From NCBI GenBank assembly GCA_029288775.1, contig JARIGQ010000001.1, forward strand, positions 29,044-93,043: 64,000 nt of DNA, in the 5' to 3' direction. Positions 36,939-48,558 of this stretch are shown here, one piece after another (the stretch's first letter is position 1; each line of letters begins with the position of its first letter). The stretch is from Candidatus Nomurabacteria bacterium. Lineage in GTDB: Bacteria; Patescibacteriota; Minisyncoccia; Phycocordibacterales; UBA5272. A program made the translations under genes and the position numbers. The notes below the pieces were generated by a model. That model was not told where the DNA came from. It made no database searches and was given only the letters and a program-made list of their open reading frames with translations.

Positions 36939-38204
36939 ATGATAGAGCAAATTCTTTCAGCGCTCATGTATCCATTCCTTTTTCTTTCGATTTTTTTCGA
37001 AGTGCTTTTATTGGTTTCTTTTTTTGAAAACAAAAAGAAGATCGATGAGGAAGAGGAGGAATACCCGCTTACTCATTTTCCTACAGTAACCGTTGCGGTA
37101 CCGTGTTGGAATGAAGAAAGAACGCTTGCTGCCACACTCGATTCTTTGCTTGCATTGGAGTATCCAAAAGACAAGCTTTCCATTCTTGTAGTAGATGATG
37201 GCAGTCGTGATGCTACCCTTGCCATTGCTCAGAAATATGAAGCTCAGTATCCGGGCATTGTGTATGCACTTCATAAAGAAAATGGAGGAAAACATACTGC
37301 GGTAAATATGGCGCTTGATCGTTCCACTTCTGATCTTTTTGGTTGCTTGGATGCTGATTCATTTGTAGCTTCGCATACCCTTAAGAATATAGTTACGTAC
37401 TTTGAACGAGATCCGACGATTATGGCTGTAACTCCTTGTATACATATTAAGCATCCGACAACTTTTATCCAGCGCATGCAGGCCATTGAATACCTTGTCG
37501 GAGTATTCACTCGCAAAATGTTCGGCTCGCTTGATGCGATACAAGTAACACCTGGTCCATTTTCTATTTTTCGCAAAGAAGTGTTTCAGAAAATTGGTAA
37601 GTATCATAAGGCACATAATACGGAAGACTTTGAAATTACCTTGCGCATGCATAAGGCTCATTTGAGAATCGCTAACTCTCATAAGGCGCTTGTATATACG
37701 GTTGGTCCTGCAACAGCGAAAGGCTTTTTCTACCAGCGACTTAGGTGGGCTCGAGGATTCCTTGAAAATGCAATCGATTACCGTGAACTTTTTTTCAAAA
37801 AGGAATATGGTAACTTCGGCATGTTTACGCTCCCTATGGCATTTATGTTCGTCTTTTATGGTTTGTATGCTTCTATTTTTGCCATCTATTCGGGAATGAG
37901 GGCGTGGGGAAACACTTTTGATCGGTGGGCAACTGTTGGAATTCATCCCCGCATGCCACAATTTGATCTTTTTTATGTAAATACAAATTTTATGTCATTT
38001 ATTGTGATGTTTATGTTTACCATGCTCCTGCTGGTAATTTATATCTCCAATACCCTTACCGATGATCGGCAGCAGTTTTATCGTAACTTTCCCATATTTT
38101 TTATTCTTTATCCTTTTTTTGTTCCCATCTTTTTGGGTAAGGCTGTATTTGATACGCTGTTCAAACAGAAAAACCTGTGGGTGCTTCAGGACACCAAGAA
38201 ATAG
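36939..38204 (+). CDS. Processive family-2 glycosyltransferase (cellulose/chitin/PNAG-synthase-like)
   Basis: DDGS and DAD motifs, QRLRWARG (QxxRW), and C-terminal TM helices. Confidence 0.8.
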   Translation: MIEQILSALMYPFLFLSIFFEVLLLVSFFENKKKIDEEEEEYPLTHFPTVTVAVPCWNEERTLAATLDSLLALEYPKDKLSILVVDDGSRDATLAIAQKYEAQYPGIVYALHKENGGKHTAVNMALDRSTSDLFGCLDADSFVASHTLKNIVTYFERDPTIMAVTPCIHIKHPTTFIQRMQAIEYLVGVFTRKMFGSLDAIQVTPGPFSIFRKEVFQKIGKYHKAHNTEDFEITLRMHKAHLRIANSHKALVYTVGPATAKGFFYQRLRWARGFLENAIDYRELFFKKEYGNFGMFTLPMAFMFVFYGLYASIFAIYSGMRAWGNTFDRWATVGIHPRMPQFDLFYVNTNFMSFIVMFMFTMLLLVIYISNTLTDDRQQFYRNFPIFFILYPFFVPIFLGKAVFDTLFKQKNLWVLQDTKK

Positions 38205-38235
38205 TAAGCGGAACCTCCTGTGATAGAATGATGGT

Positions 38236-39045
38236 ATGAACGGGCATTTTCACCCCATAACTAAGGCTATCGACAAGGTTGCGCGTATTTTTACCGAGAT
38301 TGGATTTGATGTTGTTGACGGCCCAGAAATTGAAAGCGAGTGGTACTGTTTTGATGCGCTTAATTTTCCTCGCAATCACCCAGCGCGAGACATGCAAGAT
38401 ACTTTTCATATCAAAGCAGAAACATTTGATCGCCCAAAAACAGAAAGCGAACAAAAATCTATGGAACGATTTGGAACTTTTAACTACGTGTTGCGAACAC
38501 ATACTTCTGGTGTCCAAGTTCGTACCATCGAAAAATGGATTAAAGAAAGGAGAGAATTTCCAATTGCAGTGGTGGTGCCTGGCCAAGTGTTTCGTAACGA
38601 AGCAACGGATGCTCGCCATGAAGCGCAGTTTTATCAAGTAGAAGGATTGATGGTTGGAAGGGATATAACACTTGCCCACCTCAAGGGCGTACTTGAACAT
38701 TATTTCTCCAAGTTTTTGGAAAAGGATATCAGAGTACGTTTCCGATCTTCTTTCTTTCCTTTTACAGAACCATCAGTGGAAGTCGATATGGAATGTTTCA
38801 AATGTGAAGGTAAGGGAGTTGTGGAGGGTGTACAGTGTTCGGTTTGTTCAGGTTCGGGGTGGATTGAGATTATGGGTGCGGGAATGGTACATCCTAATGT
38901 CCTTCAAAATGCAGGCCTTAATCCGCGTGAGTATCAAGGCTTTGCGTTTGGGGGAGGGCTTGATCGTCTTGTGATGCTCCAAACTGGTATTGATGATATA
39001 CGCCTGCTTTATAATGGAGACCTTCGGTTGGTACATCAATTCTAA
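38236..39045 (+). CDS. pheS: Phenylalanine--tRNA ligase alpha subunit (short form)
   Basis: Class II aaRS motifs (FPFTEPS, GAGMVHPNVL, GFAFGGGLDR). Confidence 0.9.
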   Translation: MNGHFHPITKAIDKVARIFTEIGFDVVDGPEIESEWYCFDALNFPRNHPARDMQDTFHIKAETFDRPKTESEQKSMERFGTFNYVLRTHTSGVQVRTIEKWIKERREFPIAVVVPGQVFRNEATDARHEAQFYQVEGLMVGRDITLAHLKGVLEHYFSKFLEKDIRVRFRSSFFPFTEPSVEVDMECFKCEGKGVVEGVQCSVCSGSGWIEIMGAGMVHPNVLQNAGLNPREYQGFAFGGGLDRLVMLQTGIDDIRLLYNGDLRLVHQF

Positions 39046-39048
39046 GAT

Positions 39049-39840
39049 ATGAACAAAAGTTATTTAGTTATCCTGAGTCTTTCTATCCTCGCTCTTATAG
39101 CGGTTGGGGTATATGTGTATGAGGGTCGCATGATACAAACTTCTCCTGCTGTCTCGGAAGCGACAGCATCAAGTACAGCTCAAGGAGTCCGTGTACAAGA
39201 GGATACGCCTGCATATACCATCGATATTACCTACCCTGCATTTCCTCAGGAGCTACATGGTGCATCAAAAGCAAATGAAGCCATAAAGAATAATCTCGAT
39301 CTTCGACTTGAACAGTTTAAGAAGGAAGCCAAGGAAAGTTTCGAAGCCCCGACTGATTTACCCGCTAGTGTGAAAAGTACAATGGGTGGCAGTCCTACAA
39401 CCGAATATGAAACCGATAGGTATATTTCTTTGTATTTCGGGGGCAATTGGTATATGCGAGGAGCTGCTCATGGTATGAATACGATTGATACCTACGTCTT
39501 CGATAAAAAGCTGGAGAAAGTTGTTGATATTACTGACATGTTTACACCTGGAAGTGGTTATTTGCAATTTCTTTCCACCTACGCTCGCCAGGATTTAGAA
39601 GCACAATCCAAAAAGGGGGATTTAGGACTTACCTATAACGAAAACATGCTTAAAGAAGGAACTGAAGGAACATTTGATAATTTTCGTCTTGCGCTTCCCA
39701 CTAAGGATGGGCTCGTGATTTATTTTACGGAATATCAAGTCGCTCCGTATGCTGCCGGTCCGCAACAGGTTGTAATACCATATGAAAAGTTAAAGCCGTA
39801 TATTAATCCTGAGGGAGCGCTTGCTGACTATCTTAAATAA
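39049..39840 (+). CDS. Membrane-anchored DUF4163/DUF3298 (RsiV/PdaC-like) domain protein
   Basis: N-terminal TM helix. C-terminal YQVAPYAAG motif. Confidence 0.65.
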   Translation: MNKSYLVILSLSILALIAVGVYVYEGRMIQTSPAVSEATASSTAQGVRVQEDTPAYTIDITYPAFPQELHGASKANEAIKNNLDLRLEQFKKEAKESFEAPTDLPASVKSTMGGSPTTEYETDRYISLYFGGNWYMRGAAHGMNTIDTYVFDKKLEKVVDITDMFTPGSGYLQFLSTYARQDLEAQSKKGDLGLTYNENMLKEGTEGTFDNFRLALPTKDGLVIYFTEYQVAPYAAGPQQVVIPYEKLKPYINPEGALADYLK

Positions 39841-39842
39841 GT

Positions 39843-42185
39843 ATGAAATTTTCATTGAATTGGCTTCAAGAGTACAGTAAAGAACCACTTCCAAATGTGG
39901 ATAGTCTTTCGGAAATGATAACGCTTAATGCCTTCGAGATTGAAGGTATGGAAAAGCTTGCTCAGGATATGGTGCTTGATATTAAAGTATTGCCTAATCG
40001 TGCTCATGACGCTCTCGGACATCGAGGTATGGCGCGTGATATATGTGCTTTGGTAGGGAATACTTTTCACGATACTCAGGAATATTATGAAGGGGAAGGG
40101 GATACTTCTTTAGGTGAACCAAAGGTCATTGCAGCTTCTGAAGAATGTACTCGTTTTATGAGTGTACGTATTGAAGGAATAAAAGTAGAAGAATCACCGG
40201 TATGGCTTAAGGAGAAATTAAACGCCATTGGTCAGAAGAGTATTAATTCAATTGTTGATATCACCAATTTTGTTCAGTTTGCTATTAACAAGCCAATGCA
40301 TGCCTATGACGCAAGTTTGATTGCAGGTAATGCGCTCTATGCAAGGAAAGCAAAAGATGGTGAGAAGCTTATCACGCTTGATGATAAAGAACTTAGTTTG
40401 GATAGCGGTACTTTGGTAATTGCTGATGAAGAAAAGGCATTAGGGCTTGCCGGTATAAAAGGAGGCAAGTTTTCGGGGATTACCTCCGAGACGACGTCTG
40501 TGCTTTTGGAATCAGCGAATTTCAACTCCACCCTTATTAGAAAGACTTCGCAAAAGTATGGTATTCGCACGGATGCTTCCAAGCGTTTTGAAAATGAACT
40601 GGCAGATGAGTTGGTAGAAGACGGGCTCCGTCTAACAATTGCCCTTATCAAGAAACTTAACCCTGAAGCTCGCGTGAGTGCTATTGTAGACCATTGGACG
40701 CATCAAAGTTGGCCCTACGTTGTCTCTGTGTCTGTAGAGGAAATCAACAAGCATCTCGGCACTTCCTACGAAGAAAGTGACATTAAAAAAGTTTTTGAAC
40801 ATTTAGGATTTGGCGTGCGAAGTGCGACAACTCGCGAAATTATTGAAGAACAAGTAAAGAAAACAGAAGGAGCTCTCTACCAAAATCCTTCCAGCATGAG
40901 AACTGATGCGCCACATCTTTTTTCCTGTTCTTCGCTTATAAGTTTTCTTTTTGCTGGAGTATGGCAACCAAGTCTCTCTATTGATAAATATGTGTATGCT
41001 TCTCCTCTTAATAAGATTGATGCAAAGTGGGGGGATTTGGTATTTTCCAACACAGGGGAGGGAAAGATCCGCTATGAATCAGTGCAGTTTTTGCCTGGCA
41101 CTACCGTGGAGCAAGGTGTTGACCATGTGGGATTATATTTAGGGGACAACAAAGTGCTTCACATTTCCCATAACACAAATAAGGTTGTCACCCAAACCTT
41201 TGATGAAGCCGCAGACTTCACTGATAAACTTTTGTTTGCGCGACTTGTAGATGTTGAAGCTCCAAGATTATTTGTGAACGTTCCTCCAGAACGTCTGGAT
41301 ATTCGCATCAAGGAAGATCTTATTGAGGAAGTAGCTCGTATGAAAGGATTGTCTTCTATTCCTTCAGTGCTTCCGAATATTGCTCGCACGGGTATTCCTC
41401 ATAAGCGTTTATATTATGAGACCAAAATAAAAAATATTCTTTCTAAGGGGGGCTTTTCGGAAATCATGACGTACTCCTTTGGGGATGAAGGTGAGGTAGA
41501 AATCATGAAAGGCTCTGCTATGGACAAAGAAAAACTTCGCACCAAGCTTGCGCCTGGCCTCTGGAAGGCATTTCAGATGAATATGCTTAATGCGCCGCTT
41601 CTTCAGATTGATACGGTGAAGATGTACGAATTCGGAAACATCTTCACTCCTACTAATGAGCGTCGTCATTTTGCACTTATCATCGATGACGGTAAAAAGA
41701 AATCATCTTTTTCTGAAGAGGTTGATCTTGTGCTTTCTGAAATTAAACGCGAGCTTGGCGTGTCCCAGCTTGAATGCCAAACAGCAAGCACCAAGCCATA
41801 CTGTGTCGAGCTTGATTTTGATACACTGATCGAATCACTTCCTGAGCCTACGACGTATGAACCGCTTGCACAAGATCTATCACCTATTGCTTACAAACCA
41901 GTCTCTCCTTATCCGTTTATTGTTCGTGATATTGCTGTATGGGTACCTGCTTCTATCACATGGGAAACTATCCGTACTCTCGCTTTACAAATCAGTTCTC
42001 CTCTTATTGCTCGCTTGTATTGTTTTGATACCTTCGAAAAAGAGATAGAGGGGGTTCGGAAAACATCCTTTGCTTTCCGTTTTGTACTCCAATCGCATGA
42101 GCGCACGCTTACGGATGCTGAGGCCAATGAAGTGGCGGATAAGATGTACGCACTCCTTAAGGAAAAAGGGTATGAGATTCGCTAA
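39843..42185 (+). CDS. pheT: Phenylalanine--tRNA ligase beta subunit with an NlpC/P60-like domain inserted in the B5 domain
   Basis: B3/4 domain (LDIKVLPNRAHDALGHRGMARDI). B5 domain (EEINKHLG...EHLGFGV ... VNVPPERLDIRIKEDLIEEVAR) split by about 140 aa carrying SCSS, GDLVF and HVGLYLGDNKVLH (Cys/His/His, 12 residues between the two His). Confidence 0.85.
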   Translation: MKFSLNWLQEYSKEPLPNVDSLSEMITLNAFEIEGMEKLAQDMVLDIKVLPNRAHDALGHRGMARDICALVGNTFHDTQEYYEGEGDTSLGEPKVIAASEECTRFMSVRIEGIKVEESPVWLKEKLNAIGQKSINSIVDITNFVQFAINKPMHAYDASLIAGNALYARKAKDGEKLITLDDKELSLDSGTLVIADEEKALGLAGIKGGKFSGITSETTSVLLESANFNSTLIRKTSQKYGIRTDASKRFENELADELVEDGLRLTIALIKKLNPEARVSAIVDHWTHQSWPYVVSVSVEEINKHLGTSYEESDIKKVFEHLGFGVRSATTREIIEEQVKKTEGALYQNPSSMRTDAPHLFSCSSLISFLFAGVWQPSLSIDKYVYASPLNKIDAKWGDLVFSNTGEGKIRYESVQFLPGTTVEQGVDHVGLYLGDNKVLHISHNTNKVVTQTFDEAADFTDKLLFARLVDVEAPRLFVNVPPERLDIRIKEDLIEEVARMKGLSSIPSVLPNIARTGIPHKRLYYETKIKNILSKGGFSEIMTYSFGDEGEVEIMKGSAMDKEKLRTKLAPGLWKAFQMNMLNAPLLQIDTVKMYEFGNIFTPTNERRHFALIIDDGKKKSSFSEEVDLVLSEIKRELGVSQLECQTASTKPYCVELDFDTLIESLPEPTTYEPLAQDLSPIAYKPVSPYPFIVRDIAVWVPASITWETIRTLALQISSPLIARLYCFDTFEKEIEGVRKTSFAFRFVLQSHERTLTDAEANEVADKMYALLKEKGYEIR

Positions 42186-42186
42186 G

Positions 42187-42678
42187 ATGAAACTCGTCGT
42201 TCCCTATTATTCACAATTCGTAGATATTCAGGATCCTTTTTGGATGTTACGTGCTTGCGGAGCGGTATGTCTTAAGATGGTTGCGGAATTTCAGGGAAAA
42301 GAAGTTCCCGATTTAATAATTCTATGCAATGAGGCAAAAGAGCGCGGAGGATACGATATGGTAAATGGATGGGTACATGATTATTTGGTATCTAAAGCTG
42401 AAGAGTTGGGATTGAAAGCATATCGCAAGGAAGGTCTCGATACTCTTGATGAAGTTAAAGCCTTTTTAGAAAAAGGACCGGTAATTGTTTCTGTGGAGAA
42501 ACGTGTGCTTGAGCAAAAGCGCTTTCACATGATTGTGATAACGGGTATTGAAGACGATATGGTTATCTACCACGAACCGGAATCAACTGATAAAGGGAGA
42601 GGGATGAACCGCGTGTGCACTGTGCAAGCATTTATGGACTATTGGCGCGGCAAAGCTATTTTTATCGACTCACCTTAG
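42187..42678 (+). CDS. Papain-like cysteine peptidase, C39-like (Peptidase_C39_2/BtrH-like)
   Basis: VVPYYSQ...ACGAVCLKMV Cys motif and downstream His (FHMIVITG). Its ATG lies 1 nt after the pheT stop (TAAGATG). Confidence 0.6.
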   Translation: MKLVVPYYSQFVDIQDPFWMLRACGAVCLKMVAEFQGKEVPDLIILCNEAKERGGYDMVNGWVHDYLVSKAEELGLKAYRKEGLDTLDEVKAFLEKGPVIVSVEKRVLEQKRFHMIVITGIEDDMVIYHEPESTDKGRGMNRVCTVQAFMDYWRGKAIFIDSP

Positions 42679-43424
42679 AATTGTTCTAGATGCGCTTTCC
42701 AGAGATCATGACGATCATCTATGTGTCTCTCATTGTCACTGCGGCATAGAGATTTCAGTAAAGGTGTATCTTTTATCCATTCCTTGCCATTCCAAAATTC
42801 CAGTGGTTCGACATTTGTTTTATAGAGGGCTTTTTCCGCATAGCAGGTACCGAAATAAAAATAGTGTTTGCCATTTTTTGAAAGTTCTCGTATATGATCC
42901 AGTGCAAGCCACATACCCATGGAAGATTTCGCGTATTCGTGAGCGTAAAAGGAAAACCAGTAATGACTCATGACTTCATCCTCTACCAGTAAAAGGTAAG
43001 CGACAGGTATTCCATCCTTAGCGTATTCGACAATTGAATTGATAAGGTTCATCGAGAGAATAAGTTCGAGACGTTCGCGTGGCATGACGCTTCCGTGAGC
43101 AAGGTTGAAGTATGAAAGGCAGAGGTTGAAGAATGTCTCATCGTGTAGAATATCTTCTACAGTACGAAGCTTTTTTTCAAACATGCCATCAAACATGCGT
43201 AAGACCCGACGGTTTTCACTTGTAGGCTCCCATTTCCTAATATCTGCTCGGGTTCCTCGCGCCATATAAAAAATATCTCGTATTCCTTTGGATCCAGAGT
43301 AGGGAAGAAAACCTCGCTCATAGATTTCATGAAGTTTGTCTCCGTGTTCGCGCTTAAGGTACAACGTATAGGCGAAGGAATACGTTTCGTATGAGTGGCC
43401 AAATTCAGAAGCAAATAACTGCAT
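42675..43424 (-). CDS. Arginyl/leucyl-tRNA--protein transferase-like (ATE/Bpt family) protein
   Basis: C-terminal HYFYFGTCYAEKALYK resembles the ATE_C YK motif. Family-level call only. Confidence 0.45.
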   Translation of the reverse strand: MQLFASEFGHSYETYSFAYTLYLKREHGDKLHEIYERGFLPYSGSKGIRDIFYMARGTRADIRKWEPTSENRRVLRMFDGMFEKKLRTVEDILHDETFFNLCLSYFNLAHGSVMPRERLELILSMNLINSIVEYAKDGIPVAYLLLVEDEVMSHYWFSFYAHEYAKSSMGMWLALDHIRELSKNGKHYFYFGTCYAEKALYKTNVEPLEFWNGKEWIKDTPLLKSLCRSDNERHIDDRHDLWKAHLEQF

Positions 43425-43427
43425 AGA

Positions 43428-44840
43428 TTAAGCGGGAAATTTTTCTTCCAGTGCTGAAATGGTTTCTGGAATGAATCCTCCCATACCTCCTGAACTTAAA
43501 ATAAGAATAACGTCATTATCTTGTGTGTAATTAACAAGATCTATTAATCCAGTAGCAGCATGTTCAAACGGGGTTACTTCGATACCAGAGGCACGCACGC
43601 GCTCTACAATTTCTTCAAGATTTAACTGCTCATGAGTTCCGCTTCCGTGCTCAGGGGGTTTATACATAAACACATGCTCTGCTCCCTTAAATACGGTATC
43701 GTACCAATGAAGTGCTGCACGGTTGCGCCAAGAAAATGTATGAGGTTCAAACACAACAACAAGCCGTCTACTTGGAAAATGAAGTTCCATTGCTTCGATT
43801 GCAGAACGTGCCTTATCAACGGATGATCCAAATCCTTCATAGACGGGAATGGAAGTTTTTTCACTCTTCTTATCCAGTCGACGCACAATTCCTTTGAAGG
43901 TCTGTATACCTTTTGCAAGCTCTTCCGGAGTGAGTTTTTGTGTTTCTAATAGAAGAGCCGCAACTCCAATAATATTTTGTATATTGTGCTTACCTAGAAG
44001 AGTGGTAGAAAGGCGGACAATAACTTCATCATTTTTTACTAAATCAAAGGTTGATTCTCGGCCAAAAGTAATGTTTGCTGCGTGATAGGTTCCTTGTTCC
44101 AGTCCGTACGAAATACTATCGTGAGTTATTTCTCCTAGTTTAGAGTGTACAGTCATATCATCCGTACAGAGGATAAGTTTTCCCTCTTGGGGGAGACCTT
44201 GAATAAGCTTCATGAAAGGGAAAAGATAGTCCTCGTGGGTTGGAAAGACATTTACATGATCATGAGCAAGCGCAGTGACAAGGAGATGTCTTGGATGGAG
44301 GAACATAAACTTAGAAGTAGTGTCCCAATTAGAAGAAGGATATTCGTCGCCTTCCATGATGAAATCATTTCCATTGCCTAGACGCGCATTGGTGGTAGGT
44401 GTAAGGGGAATTGCACCAATGAAATAACTTGGATCTTTCCCGGCTTGCTCGAGACACCAGGAAAGAAGTGATGTGCAGGTAGATTTGCCAAATGATCCAA
44501 CTACCACAGTATTTTCTTTGTGTTCCGAAAGGTGTTCAAGTACTTGTGGAAAAGAAAGGACTGGTTTTCCTGATTCTAAAGCAGCTTTTACTTCTTCATT
44601 TTCTTCAGGAATAAGTTTTGCATGTTTGCCGATGACGATATAGTCCACATCATCTGGAATATTATTTGGAGAAAACGGAGTAGTGCACGGGATTTTATGT
44701 TCCACTAAATAATCAGAAATAGGAGGGTAGAAGCCTTCATCGCTTCCTGTTACGGTTTCTCCTTTGTCGACAAGTAACTTGGCAACCGCGCTCATGCCGG
44801 CGCCGGAGACGCCGATAAAGTGATATTTCATACTTTTCAT
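43428..44840 (-). CDS. Mur ligase family protein (MurC/Mpl-type UDP-N-acetylmuramate ligase)
   Basis: N-terminal FIGVSGAGMS and a central GSFGKSTCTS P-loop. The start codon is ambiguous (44831, 44840 or 44843). Confidence 0.8.
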   Translation of the reverse strand: MKSMKYHFIGVSGAGMSAVAKLLVDKGETVTGSDEGFYPPISDYLVEHKIPCTTPFSPNNIPDDVDYIVIGKHAKLIPEENEEVKAALESGKPVLSFPQVLEHLSEHKENTVVVGSFGKSTCTSLLSWCLEQAGKDPSYFIGAIPLTPTTNARLGNGNDFIMEGDEYPSSNWDTTSKFMFLHPRHLLVTALAHDHVNVFPTHEDYLFPFMKLIQGLPQEGKLILCTDDMTVHSKLGEITHDSISYGLEQGTYHAANITFGRESTFDLVKNDEVIVRLSTTLLGKHNIQNIIGVAALLLETQKLTPEELAKGIQTFKGIVRRLDKKSEKTSIPVYEGFGSSVDKARSAIEAMELHFPSRRLVVVFEPHTFSWRNRAALHWYDTVFKGAEHVFMYKPPEHGSGTHEQLNLEEIVERVRASGIEVTPFEHAATGLIDLVNYTQDNDVILILSSGGMGGFIPETISALEEKFPA

Positions 44841-44904
44841 CATAGCAAAAATGGACAAGAAAAAAAGCAGCGCTTGCGCGCTGCCCAAAGCACCTTTCCC
44901 GCCC

Positions 44905-45774
44905 TTAATCGTTTACGACTACCGCCACGAGATTTCTCCGCTGTACTTCTCCGGCAACCAGTTGCCGCTTATTGGAGTACCAGACAGGTTCACCGTCCTT
45001 CATCTCGCTGTAGGTGCACATCGAGTCAAGGATAATGTTTTGTTCGGGTACACCGAAGCTTGTGAATTGTCGCCGGATGAGCTCTTTAGTGTCGAGCCAC
45101 CCAAGTGTGCGACCGTGACCGTCATCCTTGAAGCATTCCCGTCCCCAGGTTTCGGAGACATAGGTGACGAGACGGGAGTTATGAGGGTTCTCTTTGTCGA
45201 ACATCGAATGCTGGAAGTGCGGTCCAGGTGAGATGGAAAACCCAACCCACACACGCACATCTTTGAGATTCTGACCTTCGAATGCACACCGGCAGATGCT
45301 GTCGACGACGCTTTGGTAGCGTCGAGGAGCTTTTCCCCGTACCCGAGCCATGTCGATGATGCTGTTGCGTCCAGCGTGGGCAGCGACGATGATGTCTCCG
45401 CACTTGGCCACGACGAGTGCGCAGTCTGCTGCCGACATGGCATAGCCGCACGAAGCATCGAGATTAGTCACGCCGTCTGCGTCTGTACCGCGGTAGATGC
45501 GGAATTCTGCGCCCGGGCTGAAACTCATACACGGGATTTCTCCCGGCCATACAATCTCGGCATTCATCTTCGATGGGGATGGTGCAGCGAAAGCTTCCAA
45601 CTCTTCGCTAGCAATGGAAGCCAAAGCTTCGAAGATCGGAGTATGCGTTTTGTGTTGCTCCTTGCTTTCGTCGAAGCCACGAAAGGAGAAATCGCAACCA
45701 TGCTCACGCCCAAAAGCATGCACCGTGATTTCGCCTCCTAAAATCGGGAGCGAAAGTGTAGGTTCGATGGACAT
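44905..45774 (-). CDS. PgeF/YfiH (DUF152, laccase-domain) peptidoglycan-editing-factor-like protein
   Basis: ADCALVVAKCGDIIVAAHAGRNS matches the HAGWRG region. The start was set at MSIEPTL, which has an AGGAAG Shine-Dalgarno. Confidence 0.65.
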   Translation of the reverse strand: MSIEPTLSLPILGGEITVHAFGREHGCDFSFRGFDESKEQHKTHTPIFEALASIASEELEAFAAPSPSKMNAEIVWPGEIPCMSFSPGAEFRIYRGTDADGVTNLDASCGYAMSAADCALVVAKCGDIIVAAHAGRNSIIDMARVRGKAPRRYQSVVDSICRCAFEGQNLKDVRVWVGFSISPGPHFQHSMFDKENPHNSRLVTYVSETWGRECFKDDGHGRTLGWLDTKELIRRQFTSFGVPEQNIILDSMCTYSEMKDGEPVWYSNKRQLVAGEVQRRNLVAVVVND

Positions 45775-45920
45775 TACTGTCTTCCTAAAAGTTGAGTGTA
45801 CCTCTTTCGGATTGAAAGGGCTTCTACTACCAACACTACAATAGTAAAATAAGCTTGTCAATTAAGGCTTTTTGGAGCGCTTTTGCACTGGTATTTAGGG
45901 GGTAAAAATGGTATAATTAA

Positions 45921-48020
<2,100 letters not shown>

Positions 48021-48085
48021 GCAGTTGACGAAAACACTATTTAATAGTAAAATAAAATAGGTAAGTTCAACCAGGAGCAGGCGTA

Positions 48086-48325
48086 ATGTTTGAAATTCTC
48101 TCAGATGGGGAGAACGGAGAAATCATTCTCTTCAACGGGAAAATGTGTCCTCCCCAACCTCCTTGTTCAACCTCGGAGACCGTTGCCGCGGCGACTCACG
48201 ATGCGCGGCGTCCTTTCACGAGCCCGCCGCCGGATTTCCGGACGGTGCGTCGGCCTGTGGTTCCCGTTCTCGTGGAACCAGGGAACATCATTCCGGCATC
48301 CAAGGACCCGAAGCACAACGAGTGA
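48086..48325 (+). CDS. Hypothetical small protein (79 aa) entering the GC-rich island
   Basis: AGGAG Shine-Dalgarno 8 nt upstream. The region is GC-rich and has long ORFs in several frames, so the frame is uncertain. Confidence 0.25.
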   Translation: MFEILSDGENGEIILFNGKMCPPQPPCSTSETVAAATHDARRPFTSPPPDFRTVRRPVVPVLVEPGNIIPASKDPKHNE

Positions 48326-48342
48326 TCGTTCGTGCCCCGGTC

Positions 48343-48372
48343 AAGTCCCGCCATGCGGGACTTTTCTTTTTA
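48343..48372 (+). terminator. Intrinsic terminator inside the GC-rich island
   Basis: AAGTCCCG-ccatg-CGGGACTT hairpin followed by TTCTTTTT. Confidence 0.55.
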
Positions 48373-48420
48373 TTAAATCCTGATAGGATAAAAAGCTGTA
48401 ATAGTTTTTTGGAGAACAAA

Positions 48421-48558
48421 GTGAATCAAGAAACGAAAGAACGGCAGCCGTACCCAGGTGACTGGGCTTTTCCCAAGAGGTACCCGCCCCAACAGCAGGC
48501 CCCTCGGCAAGACGAAAGAAAAGAGGAGCAGCAGCAAGAGCAGCAGGTGCAATTGTGA
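48421..48558 (+). CDS. Hypothetical 45-aa Gln/Pro-rich peptide (GTG start)
   Basis: GGAGA Shine-Dalgarno 5 nt upstream. Its TGA overlaps the GTG of the next ORF (GTGA). Confidence 0.2.
   Translation: MNQETKERQPYPGDWAFPKRYPPQQQAPRQDERKEEQQQEQQVQL

Noticed and set aside
40926-41171. Mini-intein in PheT (Cys at the insert start, HN-T at the insert end)
   Set aside because: The span from the Cys to the HN is only about 84 aa, well below the roughly 130-aa minimum for a functional mini-intein. No block B (TxxH) is present. The Cys/His/His spacing fits NlpC/P60 instead.
45000-45458. GC-rich alternative-frame ORFs (45000-45458 and 45179-45451, minus strand) inside the PgeF-like gene region
   Set aside because: They overlap, in other frames, an ORF that carries the HAGRNS/DUF152 motif. 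The locally elevated GC explains the open frames.
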